Source of the DNA: an uncultured virus (IMG/VR IMGVR_UViG_3300033141_004135)
Taxonomy: Duplodnaviria > Heunggongvirae > Uroviricota > Caudoviricetes
Length of the DNA stretch: 64,000 nt
IMG/VR virus record: IMGVR_UViG_3300033141_004135
Reading direction: 5' to 3' (one strand)
Shown here: positions 37,480 through 46,782 of the stretch, piece by piece
Layout of the letters: each line of letters begins with the position of its first letter
How positions within the stretch are numbered: the stretch's first letter is position 1
Program-made: the position numbers and the translations under genes
Notes under the pieces: model-generated
The model's database searches: none
Told to the model about the DNA's origin: nothing
Seen by the model: only the letters and a program-made list of their open reading frames with translations

Positions 37480-38641
37480 ATAATATCCTCCCCCTAAATC
37501 CTATTTCATCTGCTCTTTTCTTTAACTTTTCGAAATGAGCAAAAGCTGTTATCAACAAGTAAGAATCATCCTCTGCTTCTCTTAATATTTCACTACCATG
37601 TATTTTAAACCCATCTATCGTATGTCTTTCTTGTTTTGACTTCGTATCATCTATTAAGGCTTTTATGTTGCACTCATTCAATCCTTTTTTCCATAAATAT
37701 AGAAACTCTCTTCCTATTCCCCAAACATAAATTGGTCTGTTTAATTTCTTTAAGAAGTTATTAATTTGTTCTCCTCTATTTAACGAGAGTATGCTCTGCG
37801 TTAATATATAATTCTTAGTTTTAAGCCTCAATTCTTTATATTTACAATCGGTATTTAGAAAGAAAATTGCGTTGATGTTAGGTAATATCATTTTTTCACT
37901 AACCATCGGAGTTTCATACTTGCTGAATCTCATCATTATGAACCCCTCATTTTCGAGCAGCATTTTTAAATGCTCAAAATCAAAATGCTGTACGTGTTCC
38001 CGTAATAAGAACCAATAATATTCGAAGAATTCTATTTCGCCATATCTTGATGCATCTGGAACACCAACACAAACTAAACCCCCATTCTTAAGAACTCTTT
38101 TTACTTCATGTATTCCTTTTTTTAGGTTAACGATATGTTCTAAAACTTGATCCATTATGATTACATCAAATGTCTCATCCTCAAAAGGAATTGAATATAC
38201 ATTTCCAACTTTTATGTTTTCATCCCCAATTTCATCAACATAATCCTTTATGATTTCGATCCCAAAAACATTTTCGAATCCCTTTTCTCTTAGGAATTTT
38301 ATGAATCCGCCTCTGGCACATCCTATATCTAATATTTTATGATCTTCTCTAATGTAATTTTTAATTAGATCATAAAATTGCTCGTATCTTAGATTACTGT
38401 TCTTATTATTACTTCCTGGTCTATCTCCTTCATCATCTTTTAAATCCAAGTTGAACTTCCCGTATTCCTCGTTGTAGTATTTCATGAGATCTTCTTCGTT
38501 TTCTATTTGGTTAAATATGTGACCACAATTAATGCAGTTTAGTATCTTGATATCCTCATATAGTGTAGAGCCGTCAAAACTTTTCGTTTTTAAATACATT
38601 AACTCTTCTAATCTTTCTGAATTACATATCGGACAGTTCAT
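37472..38641 (-). CDS. Class I SAM methyltransferase with N-terminal Zn site and C-terminal Rossmann-like domain (NDP-sugar C-methyltransferase architecture)
   Basis: CPIC...CINC; ILDIGCARG; FDVI...VLEH; EHVQHF; YVWGIG. Confidence 0.85.
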   Translation of the reverse strand: MNCPICNSERLEELMYLKTKSFDGSTLYEDIKILNCINCGHIFNQIENEEDLMKYYNEEYGKFNLDLKDDEGDRPGSNNKNSNLRYEQFYDLIKNYIREDHKILDIGCARGGFIKFLREKGFENVFGIEIIKDYVDEIGDENIKVGNVYSIPFEDETFDVIIMDQVLEHIVNLKKGIHEVKRVLKNGGLVCVGVPDASRYGEIEFFEYYWFLLREHVQHFDFEHLKMLLENEGFIMMRFSKYETPMVSEKMILPNINAIFFLNTDCKYKELRLKTKNYILTQSILSLNRGEQINNFLKKLNRPIYVWGIGREFLYLWKKGLNECNIKALIDDTKSKQERHTIDGFKIHGSEILREAEDDSYLLITAFAHFEKLKKRADEIGFRGRILYV

Positions 38642-39656
38642 ATATTTCTTTACACCTTTTTATTATTTCTTCTGATTTGTCATCCAAATCGACCGGCATC
38701 CCATGCGAAAGCTGGCTGCATTTGGAACAAATTGGATGAGTTTTTCTTAGTTTAAATAAAAACATTTTCCTATAAGAATTCATATTTTTTCCATTCCATA
38801 TTTCTTTAAGTTTTTCTTCATATACATCTCCTATTAGCATTTTTCTAGCCCAATCTAAGAAGCAAACGCTTACTGTACCGTTTGAATTTACGGACATTGA
38901 ATAGAAAACATATGGGCAAATCATTACCTCTTTTATTGGCTGGCCGTATATTCCGACCTCTTCGTTTTGTTTTACTTCTGAATCGAAATCGTACCAGCAG
39001 TTCATCACATGTTCTATGAATATTCCATCCGTTATATCGCCGAAAATTTCGAAGAACTTGGTTTTATCCTCCTCTGACAACAGATCTCCGTTGATTTTAA
39101 TTATCATTTCGCAATCTTTTCTATGATCATAGAAGTGCTCTATGTTTCTTACGAATTTATCAAAATTTATTTTATAACCGCTGAAATCACGGTATTGCTG
39201 TTCGTTCACACCTTCTATGGAGATGTTAATTCTGTCTAGTCCAGCTTCTATTATTTTAAGATTCAGATCTGGGTTTAGCATTGAGGCGTTCGTCGTAGTA
39301 TCTACTTTTTCACAGCACCCGCTGTTTTTGGCGTATTTTACCATTTTCGGGAAGCTAGGATTTAACAAAGGTTCACCATCTTTATATAATCTTAGAACCT
39401 TTATTGGCTTATCGAACTCCTTAATTTGATTTATTATTTTCTCATAAAGATCTAACTTCATGATTGTTGGAGTTCTTCCATATTTTTTCAGTAATTTTAA
39501 GTTTCCAGAGGGACAAAACTTACATCTAAAATTACAAGCATCACTTGGATCTACGAATATAACCCAAGGAGTGGATAAAGGTATGTTTTCTGCTAACGGT
39601 TCTCTATTTTCTAATTGTATTCTTGGTTTTATTTTTGCCTTCATCATGTTCACCAA
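38622..39656 (-). CDS. Radical SAM / SPASM-twitch protein
   Basis: CNFRCKFC, GEPLLNP, C-terminal C...G.V..C...C..C. Confidence 0.92.
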   Translation of the reverse strand: MVNMMKAKIKPRIQLENREPLAENIPLSTPWVIFVDPSDACNFRCKFCPSGNLKLLKKYGRTPTIMKLDLYEKIINQIKEFDKPIKVLRLYKDGEPLLNPSFPKMVKYAKNSGCCEKVDTTTNASMLNPDLNLKIIEAGLDRINISIEGVNEQQYRDFSGYKINFDKFVRNIEHFYDHRKDCEMIIKINGDLLSEEDKTKFFEIFGDITDGIFIEHVMNCWYDFDSEVKQNEEVGIYGQPIKEVMICPYVFYSMSVNSNGTVSVCFLDWARKMLIGDVYEEKLKEIWNGKNMNSYRKMFLFKLRKTHPICSKCSQLSHGMPVDLDDKSEEIIKRCKEIYELSDM

Positions 39657-40369
39657 TAACTATTTTTAACTTTACTAACATCTTTATTTTTTATCAAATC
39701 ATTGACTAAAGCATACGACAATGTTTTATTTTCTTTAGGAGTTTTTATTACGGTTTTTCTCCATCTCGTTCTAATTCTAATGTGCTCTTTATGGATCATT
39801 CCTATGTAGCACTCCTCATATTTTAGATTCCAAAATCTGAGCAATATTTCCGTTCCATATATCCCAACATATGGATAGGTTATTCTCTCATCGAATCCTC
39901 TCACTTCTAGCCAATATGGTTTGTATACTAACCATAAACCGTTTTTAATCCTATTTCCGTATTTTCCCCTTAAGATTAGTATTTTTGTTTTTATATGTTT
40001 TATGTTTTTCTTTAGCCAATTTTTACAAAATTTATCTAATCTCTTAGGATACTTATAATGTATGTTAAGATCAACCAAAAAGTTTTCTCTCATGTTAAAA
40101 ATGATTGCGTTTTCAATTTTTGACTCGTAAAAAGCTATTCCTCTTGTTTTAGGAACTGTTATCACCTTAAATCCGAATTCTTCTGCTAGTTCTTTAGTTC
40201 CATCATCTGATGAATAGTCTCCTACGGTCACATTTAAATGTGAAACTGATTCGAATGATTCTTTTATCCATTTTAAACCACAATATTTTATTGGATTCCA
40301 TAAATAATAATAATATCCTATAGTTTGTTCTAACCCATATTTTTTGATTAACTCATCTTTAGAGATGAT
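39650..40369 (-). CDS. GT-A (GT2-like) glycosyltransferase, paralog of 41630-42400; frame extends upstream of the GTG at 40231
   Basis: GDYSSDDGT; RGFDER; upstream in-frame IKKYG..TIGYYYYLWN...YCG...SFES matches the paralog's N-terminus. Confidence 0.75.
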   Translation of the reverse strand: MISKDELIKKYGLEQTIGYYYYLWNPIKYCGLKWIKESFESVSHLNVTVGDYSSDDGTKELAEEFGFKVITVPKTRGIAFYESKIENAIIFNMRENFLVDLNIHYKYPKRLDKFCKNWLKKNIKHIKTKILILRGKYGNRIKNGLWLVYKPYWLEVRGFDERITYPYVGIYGTEILLRFWNLKYEECYIGMIHKEHIRIRTRWRKTVIKTPKENKTLSYALVNDLIKNKDVSKVKNSYW

Positions 40370-41015
40370 TTTTCCATCCCCTAATTTTATGATGATAAAT
40401 CCAAAAATCCTTTATTACGAATAACCTCCCTCCTAAAGGCAATATTCTATTCCTAAAAGCAACCTCTCCGCCTTTCCACTTATGCTCTAATGAAAACATG
40501 TTTCCATCTTCCATTTTGAATTTTTCATAAAATGTTCTCGTAAAAGCAAATAAGAAACCGTTCAATTCCATTTTATCTGTTATTTCCACCATTCCTTTAC
40601 CCTTCTTCTCGGCTTTCTGTAGATAATTCACTTTCAGAACGCCGTTCGTCAAACACCCATAAACACCAACATCATTGTGTTCATGATTTTTTATTATCTC
40701 TAAGAAAACATTCACATCTTCATTGAAGATTAAATCGTCGTTTGCGATCACTATTATATCGCAATCGTCATTTACAGCCATTTTTACGCCTTCATTTAGA
40801 GGTATGGCAAGTCCATTTTGCTCTTTTATCTTAACGTATTGAGTGTTCCCAAAGTCTGGATAATCACATTCAAAATCCGAGCCGTTGTCAAAAATATAAA
40901 GTTTATATTCTTTTTTACAAGATTCGTTTAGGCTGACGATCATTTGGTTTAAAAGTGAAAAATCTTTTCTACTACATTTCTTACAAGCGTGGGTTACTAC
41001 TACGAAGCCTATCAT
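40359..41015 (-). CDS. GT2 glycosyltransferase
   Basis: IFDNGS, LNEGV, IANDD, IYHH. Confidence 0.85.
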   Translation of the reverse strand: MIGFVVVTHACKKCSRKDFSLLNQMIVSLNESCKKEYKLYIFDNGSDFECDYPDFGNTQYVKIKEQNGLAIPLNEGVKMAVNDDCDIIVIANDDLIFNEDVNVFLEIIKNHEHNDVGVYGCLTNGVLKVNYLQKAEKKGKGMVEITDKMELNGFLFAFTRTFYEKFKMEDGNMFSLEHKWKGGEVAFRNRILPLGGRLFVIKDFWIYHHKIRGWKNHL

Positions 41016-41625
41016 GACCCACTCTCTTAGCTATCTTTCTGAAATTGAATAATCTATATTTAAAATTGTTCTTCCAAGCAACATAATTAAACGAAACTTG
41101 ATCTCTAACGCATCCGTTTTTCAACTCATTCCACCATTCGTTTTCGATTTTGATCATTTTTGGTGTGATTCTTCTTATCAATACGGTTGTTTCCACTAAA
41201 CCGTTGTTCTTAGGATAATTCTCATTTTCGTATTTTTTTACTTGTTCTCTTATCCGTTGTGGATCTCCTTTTCTGATTTCAATACATCTTTTTGCTTCTT
41301 CATATATGCAGTTCCTTTTTGGATGTTTACTAACAACTAGATCTTCTTTAAAATTGAGATAAGGTGTTGGATCTTTGAGTAAAACGCAAGAACCGTCGAT
41401 CCAGATGCTCATCTTCGTATCCGTATAAAGATGTGAAAGAATCTTTATTTTTCTTGCCTGCCTTCTACTATCTGGTTCATCTACCATTGTTTTTATTATT
41501 TTCCACCTATCACTTTTAAAATCTTGATCTGTGTAGCATATGTATTTGAATCTTTTGTTGTCAAAAAATAACGGTTCTTTTAAGGAATCATATACCCCAA
41601 ATATTGCCGTATATATGGTTATCAG
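40981..41625 (-). CDS. TOD1/MUCI70 (DUF616)-like glycosyltransferase; frame extends upstream of ATG 41487
   Basis: Upstream in-frame IYTAIFGVYD.LKEP...YICYTD; SIWIDG, HPKRNCIYEEA, RDQVSFNY. Confidence 0.85.
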   Translation of the reverse strand: MITIYTAIFGVYDSLKEPLFFDNKRFKYICYTDQDFKSDRWKIIKTMVDEPDSRRQARKIKILSHLYTDTKMSIWIDGSCVLLKDPTPYLNFKEDLVVSKHPKRNCIYEEAKRCIEIRKGDPQRIREQVKKYENENYPKNNGLVETTVLIRRITPKMIKIENEWWNELKNGCVRDQVSFNYVAWKNNFKYRLFNFRKIAKRVGHDRLRSSNPRL

Positions 41626-41629
41626 TTGA

Positions 41630-42400
41630 TTACCAATAAGAATTCACCACATTTTTGACGTTTGTTTTGAAATCTTTCTTTAAGTTGGTTATCAAAATGT
41701 TTACTAGTTTTGTTCTTTCCATTTTAATCTCTTTAATGTAGGAATTGTTTAAAATTTTACTAAGCATTTCGAGTTTCATATGGTTGTGGTATTTATGAAC
41801 CATATTACTCTTATATACTAAAGGTGTTAATCTAAAAACTTGTTTCAACAAAGAGGAGCCATATTTCTGCGATCCAAAAGCATAAAACGTTCTCTCATCA
41901 TATCCTCTTGCTAATAACAAATAAGGCTTATAAAACACTATTGAAAAGCCGTATTTCTTCCTTTCTGTACTTCCATCACTAGATTGGAATTTATAACTAA
42001 TATGAATGTATTTTTTTGTTATGTCTGTTTTTTTTAATAACCTTTTAATATGATTGGTTAATCTTTTTTCGTATTCCACATGAATGTTTACCGGAATTAC
42101 AAAATTAGATTTAGATTCTTTTATGCATTTATTTCTTATTTTACTTTCTGGAAATACACAGTATTTGGGTTTCTCGACTTTTAGTGGTTTAAATCCGTAT
42201 TCTAATGCGATTTTTTCTGTTTTGTCGTTCGTATCACAATGTCCCACCAGTACTTCTGAACCTTGATTTGCCAAAGATTCAAATGATTTTCTTACCCTTT
42301 CTTCTCCGCAGTAATCAACAGCATTATATAAATAATAATAATAAGAAATGGTTGGTTTTTTTCCGTATTTTTTTACCAGATTCTGTTTAATTTTTTTCAT
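41630..42400 (-). CDS. GT-A-like glycosyltransferase, paralog of 39650-40369
   Basis: IRNKCIK, YKPY...RGYDER, MVHKYH, C-terminal NSYW. Confidence 0.7.
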   Translation of the reverse strand: MKKIKQNLVKKYGKKPTISYYYYLYNAVDYCGEERVRKSFESLANQGSEVLVGHCDTNDKTEKIALEYGFKPLKVEKPKYCVFPESKIRNKCIKESKSNFVIPVNIHVEYEKRLTNHIKRLLKKTDITKKYIHISYKFQSSDGSTERKKYGFSIVFYKPYLLLARGYDERTFYAFGSQKYGSSLLKQVFRLTPLVYKSNMVHKYHNHMKLEMLSKILNNSYIKEIKMERTKLVNILITNLKKDFKTNVKNVVNSYW

Positions 42401-43136
42401 TCAAAAGATCCTCAATGTATTTAATTGAATCCTCGTTTAGATAGTTTTTATAATCTCCTATTATAGCTACTCTCCTAAATGCTTTATTATCTCTTTCTCC
42501 CCTTTCTCTTCCAGTTTTCGATTTAAAGCTGTTTTTATTTAAAATACTCCTTATTTTTTCGGCGTTTGTTTTTAGGTTTAAGAATAAAGTTATATCTTTG
42601 AAGGTTTTCATTGGTGCGTTTATTAGATCTTCATAGTGAACCAACTTATAATTCGCATGAGAGAATCCATCATTATAAGAGAGCCAACTTTCCACCATTG
42701 TTTTCGTATAGGAACTGTTTAAAACGAAATAGTTTATGTATTCCTTATCTGTTGCTTTTTGGAGGTTTATACTCTTTCTTATTTTTAAGAATCTTTTTAA
42801 TCTAGGCGAAGTCGAAACAACTTGATCATATCTTATGTAGAGGATCATTGATATGATCACATCTTTAAGATCTCTAGTTATCGACAGCACATAGTTTTTT
42901 TTATCGTTTTGTTTAATCTGACTGCATATTGTTCTCGGATGTGTCCAATGCATTTTTATTACATTGTTCTTAGATTTATTCCTATTGATAAATTCTCTGA
43001 ATCTCTTTGATCGTATTTTATCTCCTTTTTCCCAAAAGATCCATTTAGTTTTCAATAAATCTGATAATAAATCGCACAACCATGTACTACCAGTTCTCAT
43101 TTGGGTAGTTACGAACACATTCATACTATTCAGCAC
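42387..43136 (-). CDS. PAPS-dependent sulfotransferase
   Basis: 5'-PSB-like TQMRTGSTWL, 3'-PB RDLKDVIIS, YEDL, FRR...GDYKNYL. Confidence 0.88.
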   Translation of the reverse strand: MLNSMNVFVTTQMRTGSTWLCDLLSDLLKTKWIFWEKGDKIRSKRFREFINRNKSKNNVIKMHWTHPRTICSQIKQNDKKNYVLSITRDLKDVIISMILYIRYDQVVSTSPRLKRFLKIRKSINLQKATDKEYINYFVLNSSYTKTMVESWLSYNDGFSHANYKLVHYEDLINAPMKTFKDITLFLNLKTNAEKIRSILNKNSFKSKTGRERGERDNKAFRRVAIIGDYKNYLNEDSIKYIEDLLNEKN

Positions 43137-43411
43137 CCTTTGTCCTTAAACGGTATCGAAACGGAACAAGAATCACCATCACAGTACTTTAATTCTTCTG
43201 GAAGATAATCCATCCCTACATATTTACCGTTTGATTCTTTTTCTACTTCCACATATTTTGTTTTAAAGAAAATCAATCCATCCACTATCATCGATCTGAT
43301 TACTGCTGCTCTAATGTAGCTTGTCGATGATATTCCTGTTTTCTGTTTATATTCATCTAATTTATCTAAAACTTCTTTTGGAAAACTTATCAATTTTTCT
43401 TTCAATTCCAT
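43130..43411 (-). CDS. Ribbon-helix-helix regulator with C-terminal CDGDSC motif
   Basis: LISFPKEVLDKLDEY..KTGIS.TSYIR.AV; GGTGA RBS. Confidence 0.75.
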   Translation of the reverse strand: MELKEKLISFPKEVLDKLDEYKQKTGISSTSYIRAAVIRSMIVDGLIFFKTKYVEVEKESNGKYVGMDYLPEELKYCDGDSCSVSIPFKDKGC

Positions 43412-43487
43412 ATTTTTTCACCATTACTGCATTGCCATTGCCATTGGCGTATGCGAAAAAAATAATTTTAATAATTGTTAAATTCAT

Positions 43488-43632
43488 ACCCCTCGTAGAA
43501 TACATTCATGAGGCTCGTACACTGTTTCTGTGGCAACTATGTCTGTGTGCACGGATGCCTCTCTGATGATCGTTTAATATATGTTAAACGGAAATGGCGT
43601 ATTTTGACCCCCACAGGATGGGAGCTTGGGGC
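43488..43632 (-). ncRNA. Putative ~145-nt multibranch structured RNA
   Basis: GC-rich intergenic segment closed by GCCCC/GGGGT with four internal stems; strand not certain. Confidence 0.45.
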
Positions 43633-43633
43633 T

Positions 43634-43879
43634 TTAGCTCACCATCCCCATGGCGGCATCGCCGGGATCGGTTTTTTTATCATCCAATATCTGATACTTC
43701 AACAAAAGTTCAACTAGGGATCGTAATTCTATTAGACATTTATCTATCGTTTTTTCACATTTAGAGCAATCCTTAGGACATTTCAACATGTTAAAAAGCA
43801 TGTTAAACTGTTTCTTTTCTTCTTTCGTCAATTTTTTATATTTTTCCAACATTTTTTTTCTTTTTTCTTTTTTACTCAT
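43634..43879 (-). CDS. Small protein with Cx3Cx2Cx6C motif
   Basis: CPKDCSKCEKTIDKC; overlaps the upstream stop. Confidence 0.65.
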   Translation of the reverse strand: MSKKEKRKKMLEKYKKLTKEEKKQFNMLFNMLKCPKDCSKCEKTIDKCLIELRSLVELLLKYQILDDKKTDPGDAAMGMVS

Positions 43880-44892
43880 AAATATTTTACAGCCTCCTTT
43901 AAGTCTGGAAAAGCTAATATTTCTTTTTCTTTATCATCTAATATAACACATGGTAAATAACTACCATATTTCGGGAGATTCTTATGATCTAGAAAATAAT
44001 CGGTCATTTTATAAGAGCCCGTTCTTATGGTCACTATCCATTTATCGCCAATCCAATAGTATTCTATCGAAGGAACATGTCTATGAGCTGCAAATCCCAC
44101 ATCAAATTTTGCTTTTGTTCTATATATATCTTTCAACCCATGCGAAGGATTGTCTCTAGACCATCTTTCACATTTGTGTGTTGCGTATATATCGTAATTA
44201 ACATCCCCTACTTTTATATGTAATAACCCGTTGAACCCGAGCCACGAACCATTACACTTTTTAGCCAAGTATTGGGCGAAATCGAAAGCATCGTTTTCAA
44301 ACATCCATTTATCATGACAACCCAAGCAAATACCTAATATTTTTTCTTTCAACGTTTTTACCATGTACTCCACTCTTTGCTTTTGTTCTGGAACTGTTAT
44401 TACTTGTTCGTATACTCCAGAGCCTCTAGAGGATCTATTAAAATTATCTGCGTAATCGCCGATCAAAACGACATATACATTCGAATAATTTTTTATCATT
44501 TCTAAATCAGAGGCTAATTTTGAATGCTGGGTATGGATGTTGCCTATATGCCAATCTCCCCACGGCATAATTATGCATCTCTCTTCTATCGAAATATATA
44601 CGTCATCATATCCTATCGTTCTAACACAATACCTATCTGTTTCCTCCATCGTATCCATGAACTCTTCAAGACAGCCATAATCCACCAACTCTAATTTCTT
44701 ATTAAGAGTCGTATTATTCATGAACTTGGTTTTAATCCCAAGTCGTTCTTTTTCCCTTAAGAAAGTCGGATATGAAACTCCGAGTAGCTCCGCCGCCTGG
44801 TAAAAATATCTCGTCTTACTTATTGCTTCCGTTATTTCTTCTCTTGTTAGCGTTTTTTTAGGTCTTCCTTTTTTATTTTCCTCCATAATCAC
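43876..44892 (-). CDS. HTH + calcineurin-like metallophosphoesterase
   Basis: AAELLGVS HTH; GDWH, GDYAD, GCHD, TH, AHRH. Confidence 0.85.
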   Translation of the reverse strand: MIMEENKKGRPKKTLTREEITEAISKTRYFYQAAELLGVSYPTFLREKERLGIKTKFMNNTTLNKKLELVDYGCLEEFMDTMEETDRYCVRTIGYDDVYISIEERCIIMPWGDWHIGNIHTQHSKLASDLEMIKNYSNVYVVLIGDYADNFNRSSRGSGVYEQVITVPEQKQRVEYMVKTLKEKILGICLGCHDKWMFENDAFDFAQYLAKKCNGSWLGFNGLLHIKVGDVNYDIYATHKCERWSRDNPSHGLKDIYRTKAKFDVGFAAHRHVPSIEYYWIGDKWIVTIRTGSYKMTDYFLDHKNLPKYGSYLPCVILDDKEKEILAFPDLKEAVKYL

Positions 44893-44952
44893 ACCAGTTC
44901 GATAAAAATATGTAGTAAGTCATATTTTATAAACATTATTATTATATATAAA

Positions 44953-46782
44953 TCATTTAATTATGTATTTAATTCTTTTATTTTTCTCATCATCATAAGT
45001 CCATTTTATGATTCTTTTATAGTTTGATATGAACCCGCCACAATAAAGTTTTTTTAGTTCTGATTTTAAGCTACTAACCGAGCAAACGTCTGAAAGAGCA
45101 TCTCTTAAACCAGAAAACGAAACTTGTTTTTCTTTTCTTATGATATTTTTCAGTATTTCTCCGATTGTTATTATGTTCCCGACATACATGTTCTTATAAT
45201 CTATTAACACAGCTTCATCCATTATTTTATTTTCTTCTCTATTAGCACCAGTCAAGATATACACCTCTATTTTGTCTCTAATCCTTCCAGATTCTGTTAT
45301 CCTTATGTTTTGCCGTATTCTTCCAATAGCTTGTTTGATTTCAGACTTCGTCATTAGTTCGGTTAATAGATCCATATCCCAATCAGTAACCTCTTTCATT
45401 ATTCTTAGTTGTAAAGGGGGTATGTTGGGCTCATGAGTTATTATACAAGTATCACAAGTTTCATAAAACGAATTTCTTGATCTTAGATTATAATAAATAG
45501 CGAATTTATAGTTATCTCTACTGTAATTCTCCTTAAGATATTCAGAAAGTAAATGTGCTATTCTTTTATTAGAACATAAGAGAACGTCATTTTTTTTTCT
45601 ACCACAAATCTTTATTATTAAATCTGATAATTTTTTTCCAACAGCAGATAATTCTCTCTTATCCTTAGAGACATCTACCCAACTTGATGTTGGATATCTA
45701 CCGTTCGATTTAAGTTGATACAGATTCTTATATTCCATATCTATCTTTATCTCTTCACAGTTGCTGTTTAAAAGCATGTTCCAAGCGTTCACATCAGCCG
45801 TAGCATCTAGCCCTATTATTGGTATTGGAATTTTTTGGAAGTATTTTATGTTCGACGTCGTCATATAAAAACATCCTCTACTCCATCCGTCCCATTTTTT
45901 CTTATAGATCATCCATTTTAATTTATCTAATGTTGGTTTGGCTTCGTATACGGTTTTTAAACTATACAATATTGGAAGAGGCGGTGATTCTATTGTTTTA
46001 TGGAAAATCAAATCCAGCAATACTTTTTCGTATTCGTCATAAAAATAATCAAAATCTAACTTGCTCGTTTTCAATAGTTCCAGCATGTCTTTGTATTTTA
46101 ACCCTATATTCTTTGTAGTTAGTGAAAAAAATTCTAAGAATCTATTCACAAAATCCTTTTCGTTCGAATCCTTCATATATGAGATGATGTTTCTCAAATA
46201 ATCGGCATCTTTTTTAGTGAAGCTTACTTGGTTAAAAAGACATTGAAAAGGGAACTCATCTATTATTATTACATCATAATACTTAAACATCTTTTTATCG
46301 TTATACTCTTTTAAGAATAGAAAACTCTGCAAATATGTTGGGATGTGCGAATGAACTCCAGCCCATGATAATGGAAAAGATTCTATCTTTTTCTTAGTTT
46401 CATAATAGGGGCAGCCATTGTCCTTGTAAGGGCACCTTGTTTCGCAAAACGGAGTTATGGAAATATTCATTTCGAGTAATTTTCTATATTGTTCGGCGAA
46501 GCAAACTCCTTCTTGATTTTTCCCTTTTAAGTGTATGAAAGAGTAATCCCAGTGTTTAGAGTATTCTAAGTTCTCGGTTATGATTTCATGGAAAGGCGAA
46601 AGGTATATCCAATTATATCCAGCCTTATCGATCGACTTCATGACTGATACGGTTTTACCAGAACCAGGAAAGGATCTTATTATTAGGTTTTTCACAGTTT
46701 TAGTTTCCTCGCATTTTCTTATATGTTCTACGACTTTATTAGATATTATTCTTCTTACATCTTCTATCTTTGTCGTAGACAT
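44953..46782 (-). CDS. SF2-like helicase with 4-Cys (Fe-S/Zn) insert and C-terminal wHTH; possible origin-binding protein
   Basis: PGSGKT, IIIDE, LDATA, QAIGRIR; C...C.TRCP....CPYY. Confidence 0.75.
   Translation of the reverse strand: MSTTKIEDVRRIISNKVVEHIRKCEETKTVKNLIIRSFPGSGKTVSVMKSIDKAGYNWIYLSPFHEIITENLEYSKHWDYSFIHLKGKNQEGVCFAEQYRKLLEMNISITPFCETRCPYKDNGCPYYETKKKIESFPLSWAGVHSHIPTYLQSFLFLKEYNDKKMFKYYDVIIIDEFPFQCLFNQVSFTKKDADYLRNIISYMKDSNEKDFVNRFLEFFSLTTKNIGLKYKDMLELLKTSKLDFDYFYDEYEKVLLDLIFHKTIESPPLPILYSLKTVYEAKPTLDKLKWMIYKKKWDGWSRGCFYMTTSNIKYFQKIPIPIIGLDATADVNAWNMLLNSNCEEIKIDMEYKNLYQLKSNGRYPTSSWVDVSKDKRELSAVGKKLSDLIIKICGRKKNDVLLCSNKRIAHLLSEYLKENYSRDNYKFAIYYNLRSRNSFYETCDTCIITHEPNIPPLQLRIMKEVTDWDMDLLTELMTKSEIKQAIGRIRQNIRITESGRIRDKIEVYILTGANREENKIMDEAVLIDYKNMYVGNIITIGEILKNIIRKEKQVSFSGLRDALSDVCSVSSLKSELKKLYCGGFISNYKRIIKWTYDDEKNKRIKYIIK

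Noticed and set aside
43563..43600. Hammerhead ribozyme (CTGATGA-stem-GAAA on the plus strand)
   Set aside because: Stem II is present with one extra nucleotide, but I could not build stem I and stem III with an NUH cleavage site in any topology.
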